Shown piece after piece: positions 54,976-63,117 of a stretch of DNA of 64,000 nucleotides (positions are counted from its first letter, which is position 1; the number at the start of each line of letters is the position of its first letter). The stretch comes from Sulfuricurvum sp. (GTDB taxonomy: Bacteria > Campylobacterota > Campylobacteria > Campylobacterales > Sulfurimonadaceae): positions 126,215-190,214 of the forward strand of contig JAGXFL010000001.1 in NCBI GenBank assembly GCA_024637295.1. Reading direction: 5' to 3'. The notes beneath the pieces are model-generated. The model saw only the letters and a list, made by a program, of their open reading frames with translations. It made no database searches and was not told where the DNA came from. Made by a program: the position numbers and the translations under genes.

Positions 54976-55503
54976 TTAGAGTAACTTCTCTATATCAGTA
55001 GCAATAGCTTCAGGTGTTGTTGAAGGGGCATATCGTTCAACGATCTTTCCATTTTTGTCTATAAGAAATTTGGTAAAGTTCCATTTTATTGCTTCGCTAC
55101 CAAGGATACCGGGTGCTTGTTTCTTGAGGTATCGATAGAGTGGATGAGTATTGGCGCCGTTAACATTTATTTTGCTAAACATGGGAAAGGTCACACCATA
55201 GTTGATGCGGCAAAAATTTTCAATCCCCGCTTCATTGAGAGGTTCTTGTCCGGCAAACTGATCGCACGGGAATCCTAAAACGACAAATCCCCTGGAGCCA
55301 TATGTTTTATAGAGTTTTTCCAAGCCCTCAAATTGAGGCGTAAAACCGCAACCACTTGCAGTATTCACGACAAGTATTACTTTAGCTTTGTATGAGGCTA
55401 ACGTTGCTTTTTCATTGTGAATGGTTAGTACATTGAAATCATAGACAGTGGGCGCAGACATAAGGATACTCCATAGAGTAGAAAAGATAATGAAAAATTT
55501 CAT
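54976..55503 (-). CDS. Glutathione peroxidase family protein with N-terminal signal-like segment
   Basis: VNTASGCGFTPQ, LGFPCDQF.QEP, WNFTKFL. Start MKFFII at 55503. Confidence 0.92.
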   Translation of the reverse strand: MKFFIIFSTLWSILMSAPTVYDFNVLTIHNEKATLASYKAKVILVVNTASGCGFTPQFEGLEKLYKTYGSRGFVVLGFPCDQFAGQEPLNEAGIENFCRINYGVTFPMFSKINVNGANTHPLYRYLKKQAPGILGSEAIKWNFTKFLIDKNGKIVERYAPSTTPEAIATDIEKLL

Positions 55504-55513
55504 TTTACGGGTT

Positions 55514-55708
55514 TTATTTATCTGGAGGGGGACGCTGTTGCCCCTCTTTGATTCCTTTGGATATTTTTTCCAAGGTATGTTTAGCCTGTATGGTTTTATT
55601 GACGGAGTTATCTTTGAGCGGTAGGACAAAAGCCAGCAAAATAAAAATCAGACTAAAGACCAATCCTCCAAGTGCTGCGAGTATCAGTTTTAGCTTATCG
55701 TCATCCAT
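55514..55708 (-). CDS. Small single-TM hypothetical protein
   Basis: AAGGG RBS, one hydrophobic helix, basic tail. Confidence 0.55.
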   Translation of the reverse strand: MDDDKLKLILAALGGLVFSLIFILLAFVLPLKDNSVNKTIQAKHTLEKISKGIKEGQQRPPPDK

Positions 55709-55767
55709 GCATAGCCCTTCCTAATCGTATTAGGAATATTATAGCTTATTTTGATGAGAGTTAAAAA

Positions 55768-56307
55768 TTAGGAGAGTTTTCCAGCAGAGATAAGGCGGTC
55801 GACAATAGCCATATTCTTCACTACTCTATTGTAGTATGGATGGTTGTTCATGCCGCCGTTGTATCCACTGACTGCATGAAATGAGTTACTGCGTTGTTCA
55901 TGTAAGAGTACAATATAATGAGTTGCAATTCTAGCCGAAAGACGAATATCGCCTAATAAACGAGCGGCGATTTGGATATCACTTAGTTTACTGATCCAGT
56001 TAAGCTTTTTGACATATTGTGATACGTGTCGTGCTGTTTGAACACGAATCTGCATCGCACCAAGAGATGCTTTGGTGATTGACTTCTTGTGGTGATAGTC
56101 ACCTACTAAATTGTCGCCGGCATCGCTCTCTGTGATACAAATAGCGCTTACGGTATTTTCATAAGTAGTCCCATGTTTATCAGGTATACTTTTAGCAATG
56201 TCACGAACGGTTTGTAAAACGTGGAGTTGTTTAGATGACATTTTATTGCTGGTATTGTTTGCAAAGAGACTTAGGGTTAGCAGTATTATCAACGAAATGA
56301 ATTTCAA
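55768..56307 (-). CDS. Exported lytic transglycosylase (SLT-like)
   Basis: Signal peptide, AICITES, SLGAMQI, YNGG motifs. Confidence 0.75.
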   Translation of the reverse strand: MKFISLIILLTLSLFANNTSNKMSSKQLHVLQTVRDIAKSIPDKHGTTYENTVSAICITESDAGDNLVGDYHHKKSITKASLGAMQIRVQTARHVSQYVKKLNWISKLSDIQIAARLLGDIRLSARIATHYIVLLHEQRSNSFHAVSGYNGGMNNHPYYNRVVKNMAIVDRLISAGKLS

Positions 56308-56568
56308 AATTAATAGCTCCTTATTTTGGTAGTGAAAGTTTAAACCATGCAGTGACCTCCAAGCAGTGTGTGCGGGTGGTAACTGTTTGAGTTAAGATAA
56401 AGTTATGAATATCATAGGTTTGCCCCTATCCATAGGGAAAACGAATATTAAGTTTCGACAAATATACAGGTATATATTGTTTTTTTATGTTACTTATGTG
56501 CGTGTTACTTTAAGTTTTGGTATAAAATTAAGCTATATTTAAGCTAAAAATGAAGGAAAAAAAGTTCA

Positions 56569-57084
56569 ATGTGTAAAAAAGAAACACGATTTTGCCTTTG
56601 TGTTGTATTTATTTGTTTTTCAATATCATTAAACGCCAAAATTATGCTAGGTCAAATGAAAAGCATCGAAAATAACTCCGCCATGACTCTTTTGGATAAT
56701 AATATACCGATAAAATGTGAACCTTTTGGAATCAAAACCTTAGAATGGATGATACGTGATGCTGCAACACCTGCAGAATGCCAAAAAAGTGTGGAGCTAT
56801 TTTACAGAGCACATCCGCATGAAAGATTGTACGCTCAGGAGCACTTACATCTCTATATGAGGTACCATTATGAGAAAAGTGAGCAAGGGTGTGTTTTATA
56901 TGCAAATGGGCTTGAGAGCTATAGCGAGATGCTTCTAAATGAAGGTTTGGCAACCGTAAATGAAAAATACGATAATACTGAATGGAATGCGAAGTTGAAA
57001 AAAGCTCTTTTGCGTGGGCAAAAGAAAAAAGAGAGCATTCACGAAAGTGATATTCTACAAAAGTGCATTGAAAAAAAACGGTGA
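56569..57084 (+). CDS. Exported hypothetical protein, possibly thermonuclease (SNase)-like
   Basis: Signal-like N-terminus, CEPFGI and YSEMLLNEGLATV resembling the SNase C-terminal helix. Confidence 0.5.
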   Translation: MCKKETRFCLCVVFICFSISLNAKIMLGQMKSIENNSAMTLLDNNIPIKCEPFGIKTLEWMIRDAATPAECQKSVELFYRAHPHERLYAQEHLHLYMRYHYEKSEQGCVLYANGLESYSEMLLNEGLATVNEKYDNTEWNAKLKKALLRGQKKKESIHESDILQKCIEKKR

Positions 57085-57094
57085 AGACTTTGAA

Positions 57095-57382
57095 CTATTT
57101 ACTGGTTAAATAGATCCAAAAATCTTTATGACTCTTTCCTGCATTGAGAAAATAAAATTGCAAAATAGCTACGCGGTAAAGGGTGATAACCATTTTCGCA
57201 AATGGGATGATAAGGGTTAAGAACATCCACCACGGTTGTTCCTGATCCCCTTTGGAGAGGACCATCTCTTCTACCCCGATATTCTTGCTGAGATAAATCC
57301 CAAGTGCCATTGAAAAAACAAAATTAAGAATTACACCGAAAATAGTATACGAATAAAATTCCGGTGAAGTAAAATCAATCAT
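57095..57382 (-). CDS. Small membrane hypothetical protein
   Basis: 95 aa with two hydrophobic helices. Confidence 0.6.
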   Translation of the reverse strand: MIDFTSPEFYSYTIFGVILNFVFSMALGIYLSKNIGVEEMVLSKGDQEQPWWMFLTLIIPFAKMVITLYRVAILQFYFLNAGKSHKDFWIYLTSK

Positions 57383-57390
57383 GGTTCTAT

Positions 57391-57912
57391 TTACTCTTTA
57401 TAGTTATTAATTGCGTCTTGCAAAATCTTAGTCGCGTGAGCCTTGTCTTCAAAACCTTTTACTTTTACCCATTTGTTAGGTTCTAACATCTTATACGTCT
57501 CAAAGAAGTTTTTGATCTTTGCCAATGTATGTTTTGGTATATCGCCAAGATCTTGGATTTCTTCAAAGGTAGGATCAATTTTTGAGGTTGGAACCGCAAG
57601 CAATTTTTCATCGATGCCGCTTTCGTCTTCCATGATCAAAACACCGACCAAACGACAGTTCGTTACACACCCCTCAACCATTGGGTACTCAGTAAGGATC
57701 AATATGTCAGCCGGATCACCATCTTGTGAAAGAGTCTTGTTAACGAACCCATAGTTTGCAGGATAATACATCGCTGAATGCATTACACGGTCAAGTACCA
57801 AAGCACCGCTCTCTTTTTCAACTTCATATTTGATGTTTGAACCGCACGCAATTTCAATAATCGCTTTAACTTTGTCAGGATTTTCGCCGTATCCGATTTT
57901 ATTAAGATCCAT
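57391..57912 (-). CDS. ppa: Inorganic pyrophosphatase (family I)
   Basis: KYEVEKE, YPANYGF, DGDPADIL, DESGIDEKL, FFETYK. Confidence 0.96.
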   Translation of the reverse strand: MDLNKIGYGENPDKVKAIIEIACGSNIKYEVEKESGALVLDRVMHSAMYYPANYGFVNKTLSQDGDPADILILTEYPMVEGCVTNCRLVGVLIMEDESGIDEKLLAVPTSKIDPTFEEIQDLGDIPKHTLAKIKNFFETYKMLEPNKWVKVKGFEDKAHATKILQDAINNYKE

Positions 57913-58073
57913 AAGGGTACCTCTTTTATTAAGTTATGTATAATTGGCGCGGATTGTAACGAAATATTCTTATAGGTTCATTGAAACTCAAAGAGTAAAA
58001 CTTTTTTAATGAACTTTATACTAGAATCACGACAACGTATTACGCGTGCAAATTATACAAGGGACAGTGGGAC

Positions 58074-58397
58074 GTGGAGTTACTAACCAAAGTAATGAAA
58101 TATTTAAACGTATTTCAAGCCAAAAATCTCTCAGACTTACAAGTGTGTTCAGGCAGTAATCCTGATGCTCGATGTGATTCAACCTTGAGTGATCGCTCAG
58201 AAGGTGCAAAAGTTGCGGCAATCGCTGCGGCACTTCACCATCATGAGACTGTTGAAAATGATGTACGAGCCCGCGTGGCTGCTATTGCCGTTGCGCTTCA
58301 TCATCATGAACTCGAAACAGCATCTCAAAATAACGGTGCATGGGGGCTTGCTGCTTTGGTAGCTGCGATTCATCACCATAAAAACACCAAGAAGTAG
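58074..58397 (+). CDS. OadG-like protein with three AAIAxA(L/I)HHH motifs and no TM helix
   Basis: AAIAAALHHH, AAIAVALHHH, AALVAAIHHH; lies directly upstream of the carboxyltransferase gene. Confidence 0.6.
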   Translation: MELLTKVMKYLNVFQAKNLSDLQVCSGSNPDARCDSTLSDRSEGAKVAAIAAALHHHETVENDVRARVAAIAVALHHHELETASQNNGAWGLAALVAAIHHHKNTKK

Positions 58398-58409
58398 GGA
58401 AGCTGATAA

Positions 58410-60233
58410 ATGGCAAAAAAATACATTGACGTAATGGACACTACGTTCCGTGACGGGTTTCAATCCGTTTTCGGCGGACGGGTGTTGATGAATGATTTCT
58501 TTCCGGCTGTAGAAGCTGCGAAAGAAGCAGGGATCACCCATTTTGAATTCGGCGGTGGAGCACGTTTTCAAAGTCTTTTTTTCTATCTAAATGAAAATGC
58601 ATTTGAGATGATGGATAAATTTCGTGCCATTGTTGGACCGGATGCAAATCTTCAGACACTTGCTCGTGGTGTTAACACAGTAATGCTTGATACGGGCAGC
58701 CGTGAGATGGTTGACTTGCATGCTAAGATGTTTAAAAAGCATGGAACAACGACAATCCGTAACTTTGATGCACTTAATGATATCGAAAACCTTAAATACT
58801 CCGGTGAGCGAATTGTTCATCACGGGTTGAAGCATGAAGCGGTTGTCACCTTGATGGATCTTCCTCCTGGATGTGAAGGTGCTCATGATGTGCCGTTTTA
58901 TGAAAAGACGCTTCGCACCCTTTTGGATTCAGGAATTCCTTATCACTCGATTTGTTTTAAAGATGCGAGTGGAACATCCAGTCCTCAGAAAGTTTATGAG
59001 ACGATTAAAATGGCACGTAAGCTTGTACCTGAGGGAACGCACTTGCGCCTACATACCCATGAGACCGCAGGTGTAAGCGTTGCGTGTTATCTCGCGGCAT
59101 TGGATGCAGGTATCGATGGTATTGATATGGCAGCATGTCCAGTAAGTGGTGGTACTTCTCAGCCGGATATATTGACAATGTTGCATGCGGTTAAGGGCAA
59201 AAATTTCGATCTCGGCAGTTTAGAGCTTGAAAAGATTCTTCAGTATGAAGATGTTTTGGGTGATTGTCTGAAAGATTACTTCATGCCGCCGGAAGCGACG
59301 CAGGTTTCACCTCTTATTCCATTCTCACCAATGCCGGGCGGTGCATTGACGGCGAATACTCAGATGATGCGTGACAACAACATGTTGGACCGTTACCCTG
59401 AAGTCATTCGTGCAATGCGCGAAGTGGTTGAAAAAGGGGGATACGGTACATCAGTTACTCCGGTATCTCAATTCTATTTTCAACAAGCGCTTAACAATGC
59501 CTTGATGGGACCATGGAAAAAGATTGCACCGGGTTACGGTAAGATGGTATTGGGATACTTTGGTAATACGCCAACAGCACCGGATGCCGAGGTCGTTCGT
59601 ATTGCTTCCCAGCAGTTGAAACTAGAACCAACGACTGAGAAAGCTATCGATATTGCTGATCGTGATGAAAAAAAATCGATCGCCTATTGGACTAAGGCTT
59701 TAGAAGAAGAAGGCATTGAAGCAACCGATGAAAATATTTTTATTGCGGCTTCATGCGATGTCAAAGGGATTGCATTTCTTAAAGGAGAAGCAACCGTAAA
59801 TGTACGTAAAAATGGCCCGAAAGTGCCAGAATCACTTCAAACAACACTACAGGAGAATTTTAATATGGCAAATGGCACTTACACAGTAATCGTAGACGGA
59901 CAACAATACAATGTGCAAATCATTAATGGAAATGCAAATGTTCAATCAGTAGCACCTGTAGCAGCAGTAGCAGCGCCAGTTGCGGCACCAGTAGTACCAG
60001 TAGCAGCACCAACTGCAAATACAAATGCAATCTGTGCAGAACTTCCAGGTTCTGTATTTAAAATTGTTGCCTCTGTTGGCGACAGCGTTAATGCAGGTGA
60101 CAAGCTTATGATTTTGGAAGCGATGAAAATGGAAATTGACGTTCTTGCACCACGTGCTGGAAAAGTAACAGCCATCAATGTTAAGCCAAATGATAAAATC
60201 GAAGCGGGTCAAGCGCTTGCTGTTGTAGAATAA
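58410..60233 (+). CDS. pycB: Pyruvate/oxaloacetate carboxyltransferase + biotin carrier (PycB/OadA)
   Basis: DTTFRDGFQS, FKDASG, LHTHET, MPGG, VTPVSQ, biotinyl motif LEAMKME. Confidence 0.9.
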   Translation: MAKKYIDVMDTTFRDGFQSVFGGRVLMNDFFPAVEAAKEAGITHFEFGGGARFQSLFFYLNENAFEMMDKFRAIVGPDANLQTLARGVNTVMLDTGSREMVDLHAKMFKKHGTTTIRNFDALNDIENLKYSGERIVHHGLKHEAVVTLMDLPPGCEGAHDVPFYEKTLRTLLDSGIPYHSICFKDASGTSSPQKVYETIKMARKLVPEGTHLRLHTHETAGVSVACYLAALDAGIDGIDMAACPVSGGTSQPDILTMLHAVKGKNFDLGSLELEKILQYEDVLGDCLKDYFMPPEATQVSPLIPFSPMPGGALTANTQMMRDNNMLDRYPEVIRAMREVVEKGGYGTSVTPVSQFYFQQALNNALMGPWKKIAPGYGKMVLGYFGNTPTAPDAEVVRIASQQLKLEPTTEKAIDIADRDEKKSIAYWTKALEEEGIEATDENIFIAASCDVKGIAFLKGEATVNVRKNGPKVPESLQTTLQENFNMANGTYTVIVDGQQYNVQIINGNANVQSVAPVAAVAAPVAAPVVPVAAPTANTNAICAELPGSVFKIVASVGDSVNAGDKLMILEAMKMEIDVLAPRAGKVTAINVKPNDKIEAGQALAVVE

Positions 60234-60254
60234 CGCACTTCGAACTTACACCTA

Positions 60255-60269
60255 TTCCCCTTTGGGGAA
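60255..60269. terminator. Hairpin between convergent pycB and cheV
   Basis: ttcccc-ttt-ggggaa. Confidence 0.45.
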
Positions 60270-60307
60270 ACTTCTTATCCTTACACTTTTTATGTTATCA
60301 ATAGATT

Positions 60308-61258
60308 TTAAGAGCACTCTTCCATTTTGGCAATGATCAGTGGAATGATGTCATGACTTTTTGTTTTATTAATAAATCCATTTGCTCCTAGAGCGGCAGC
60401 TTCACGCTTATTATTATCACCTGTCATAGAACTGTTTACAATGATAGGGATATTTTTGGTATCCGGATTTGCTTTTAATTTTTTAACAACGGTGAACCCT
60501 GACATTTCTGGCATCTCAATGTCGGTAATGATCGCCGGTATGGAAGCAGGATTTGGATGAACACTGATGTAGTCCATTAGTTCTTTACCATTGTTAAATA
60601 TTTGATAAGAGAGATGAGCATTAGCGAAGATTTGTCGTAAATGGCGCTGAGCTGTTTTAGAATCTTCGGCAATAAGGACGGTCCCATTGCGTAGTTTGTC
60701 GGGTATGACTAGATTTTGAATATTTTCAGGAGATTCCTGTATGTTTACCATAGCTTGAGGGATTACATCTGCCAAAAGTTTTTCATAATCAAGAACCAAG
60801 CAAAGACTTCCGTCATCAAGACGCGTATCGTTGATCACAAGACCCTCTTCTCCCATACGATAGCTATCAGGTGCGTGCATTTCATTCCAGTTTTTCTTGA
60901 TAACACGATGTGCAAACATAATACGAATACCAATAATGATACCGTTGAAATCACAGATAAGAAGATTGGATGCCTTTTTTTCCTCAGGAGTAAGATCAGC
61001 TTGAAGCCATTTTGGTAGATTCAAAATCGGAATCTGCAGACCTCGTAAGACTATGGTACCTTCAAGAAGAGGGTGAGCAGCGGGAATCATCGTAAGGTGA
61101 TGGTGTTTTGATTCAACGACTTCACGTGTTTTAAAAACATTGATCGCATAGTATGGGGATGTTGGAGCAACATCGATTTTAAATATTAGAAGTTGTACTT
61201 CATTGTTTTTCGCCAGGTTAGTGGACGCATCTACGTGTTCTAAAAGAGACATTCTCAA
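60308..61258 (-). CDS. cheV: Chemotaxis protein CheV (CheW + REC)
   Basis: YYAINVFKTREV, LRGLQIPIL, VLIAEDS, ITDIEMPEMSG, NSSM. Confidence 0.93.
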   Translation of the reverse strand: MRMSLLEHVDASTNLAKNNEVQLLIFKIDVAPTSPYYAINVFKTREVVESKHHHLTMIPAAHPLLEGTIVLRGLQIPILNLPKWLQADLTPEEKKASNLLICDFNGIIIGIRIMFAHRVIKKNWNEMHAPDSYRMGEEGLVINDTRLDDGSLCLVLDYEKLLADVIPQAMVNIQESPENIQNLVIPDKLRNGTVLIAEDSKTAQRHLRQIFANAHLSYQIFNNGKELMDYISVHPNPASIPAIITDIEMPEMSGFTVVKKLKANPDTKNIPIIVNSSMTGDNNKREAAALGANGFINKTKSHDIIPLIIAKMEECS

Positions 61259-61377
61259 CCTCTGCTAAATAATTGTATTAATGATAGCACAAATAAGGGC
61301 TTTTTTTTACTAAAAAGTAAAGCCATTGCACTGTAAAATATAGGAAAATCGTAATCTAAAAGCAGAGTTTAGCTAAA

Positions 61378-63117
61378 ATGAGTCAAACAACTACGTGTCC
61401 ATTGGATTGCTATGATGCATGTGCAATCGTTATCGATACAAACGGCAAGTTAAAAGGGGATGACAATCATCCGGTTACCCAAGGATTTTTGTGCCCCCAT
61501 CTAAACCATTATGATGAATTTGAGAGAATCTTAGAACCACGTTTTAAGGGTAAAGCTGTTTCCATGCCTGAAGCAATGGAAATATTATGCGATAGTTTGC
61601 AAAATAGTAATCCTGACAAAACCTTGTTTTATCGTGGAAGTGGAAATATTGCTTTGATGCAGCGAAGCTGTGACCATTTTTTTGCTAGTATGGGTGCTGT
61701 TGGAACACGAGGCTCATTATGCGATGGTGCGGGTGAAGCAGGTATTTTAGAAGGAAGAGGGATTAATTATGCACTTCCTTCATCGATTGTTGAGGAAGCA
61801 GATGTTGTCATCGTTTGGGGTCGAAATCCTCATGTGACCCATTCGCATCTTTTAGGGGCACTAAAAAAGAAATCAGTGGTTGTGATCGATCCGGTTCAAA
61901 CCGCATTAGCAAAAACAGCAGATATATTTATTCAGATCAAGCCTCATTGCGATTTGCAGTTGGCGTTGTTGTTGTCACGTTTTGCGATTATCGAAGGGTC
62001 ACAGGATGAGGTCTTTTTGGAGGAATACGGGAGTGGCTATCAGGATTTCTATGAATTGACACAGTCGCTTCGCATTAAAGCAACGCTGGAAAACATTGAT
62101 GTGACGCTAGGGCAGATTGGATCACTTCTAGGGCTGATTCGCGGTAAAAAGACTGTTATTTTAGTAGGAGCAGGTGTTCAGAAATATCGAAATGGTGCTG
62201 ATGTATTGCGTGCGATAGATGGGTTTGGAGCGATTTTGGGACTATTTGGCAAAGCGGGATGCGGTGTTGGATTTTTAGGATCATCGACACATGGATTAGA
62301 ACTACCGTTTAGGAGGTTGCAAAAAACTGTTCCTAAGCCTACTCTTGATTTTTCAGCCTTTGAAACAGTGTTTGTGCAAGGGGGGAATCCTTTGGGACAA
62401 ATGCCCAATAGTCAAAAAGTTAGGGATGATTTTATGAAGGTAGGGGTTAAGATCTATTTTGGTCTGTATGAAAATGAAACCTCAAAAGAGTGCGATCTGA
62501 TACTTCCGGCAAAAACATTTTTGGAAAAAGAGGATGTTCGAAGTTCGTATGGTGATTTCACATTTCAAAAAATGTCAAAACTTCGAGAGTGTGAGATTGG
62601 GATTGGCGAATACGATTTGGCATCTCAACTGTGTGCTCATTTTAATCTAAGCATCCCCTCACAGCAAGAGTGTTTGGAGACGTTTTATGATCAGATGGTA
62701 AGCAAAAATGGAGTAGACTACCGCAAGAATATGCCAAACATTCCTTATGAAAACGGATTCGAAACGGACAGTGGCGAATTTGAATTTTTGGACGAGCTGG
62801 ATTTAGGTTCAAATGATGAAGAGGGATTTTCTCTATTGTCTCCTAAAGCGGCCCGATCGCTTAATTCACAGTTTCATCGTTCAAGCGGGATACATCTGCA
62901 TCCCAAGTGTGGTTTTGATGCTGGAGAGCTTGTCATGGTCAGCAGTAAAAATGGATCGATCCAGTTGTCAGTAGTGCATGATGATCGCTTACGTAGTGAT
63001 TGTGCGATCATCTATGCTGGTACGCCAGGGGTCAATAATCTGACACCAACCCTTTTAAGCTATGAGGGTGAAAGTGCTGTTTATCAAGAAAATAAAATAA
63101 AGGTAGAAAAATGTTAA
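61378..63117 (+). CDS. Molybdopterin-dependent oxidoreductase, cytoplasmic
   Basis: TTTCPLDCYDAC...GFLC (4Fe-4S), VWGRNP, VVIDP, GGNP, DLILPAKTFLEKED, RSLNSQF. No Tat leader. Confidence 0.85.
   Translation: MSQTTTCPLDCYDACAIVIDTNGKLKGDDNHPVTQGFLCPHLNHYDEFERILEPRFKGKAVSMPEAMEILCDSLQNSNPDKTLFYRGSGNIALMQRSCDHFFASMGAVGTRGSLCDGAGEAGILEGRGINYALPSSIVEEADVVIVWGRNPHVTHSHLLGALKKKSVVVIDPVQTALAKTADIFIQIKPHCDLQLALLLSRFAIIEGSQDEVFLEEYGSGYQDFYELTQSLRIKATLENIDVTLGQIGSLLGLIRGKKTVILVGAGVQKYRNGADVLRAIDGFGAILGLFGKAGCGVGFLGSSTHGLELPFRRLQKTVPKPTLDFSAFETVFVQGGNPLGQMPNSQKVRDDFMKVGVKIYFGLYENETSKECDLILPAKTFLEKEDVRSSYGDFTFQKMSKLRECEIGIGEYDLASQLCAHFNLSIPSQQECLETFYDQMVSKNGVDYRKNMPNIPYENGFETDSGEFEFLDELDLGSNDEEGFSLLSPKAARSLNSQFHRSSGIHLHPKCGFDAGELVMVSSKNGSIQLSVVHDDRLRSDCAIIYAGTPGVNNLTPTLLSYEGESAVYQENKIKVEKC

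Noticed and set aside
56400-56430. c-di-GMP-I (GEMM) riboswitch suggested by GGGCAAACC on the minus strand
   Set aside because: The following GNRA-capped stem and GACGCAAAG element are missing.
59945-60015. gca/cca/gta-rich quasi-repeat in pycB
   Set aside because: It encodes the ordinary Ala/Pro/Val flexible linker of biotin-carrier domains.
190-62408. Numerous 60-180 aa ORFs in the track overlapping longer genes (e.g. 15349-15891, 30875-31357, 36927-37388, 24948-25370)
   Set aside because: They are antisense or off-frame shadows of well-supported genes and have no motifs of their own.
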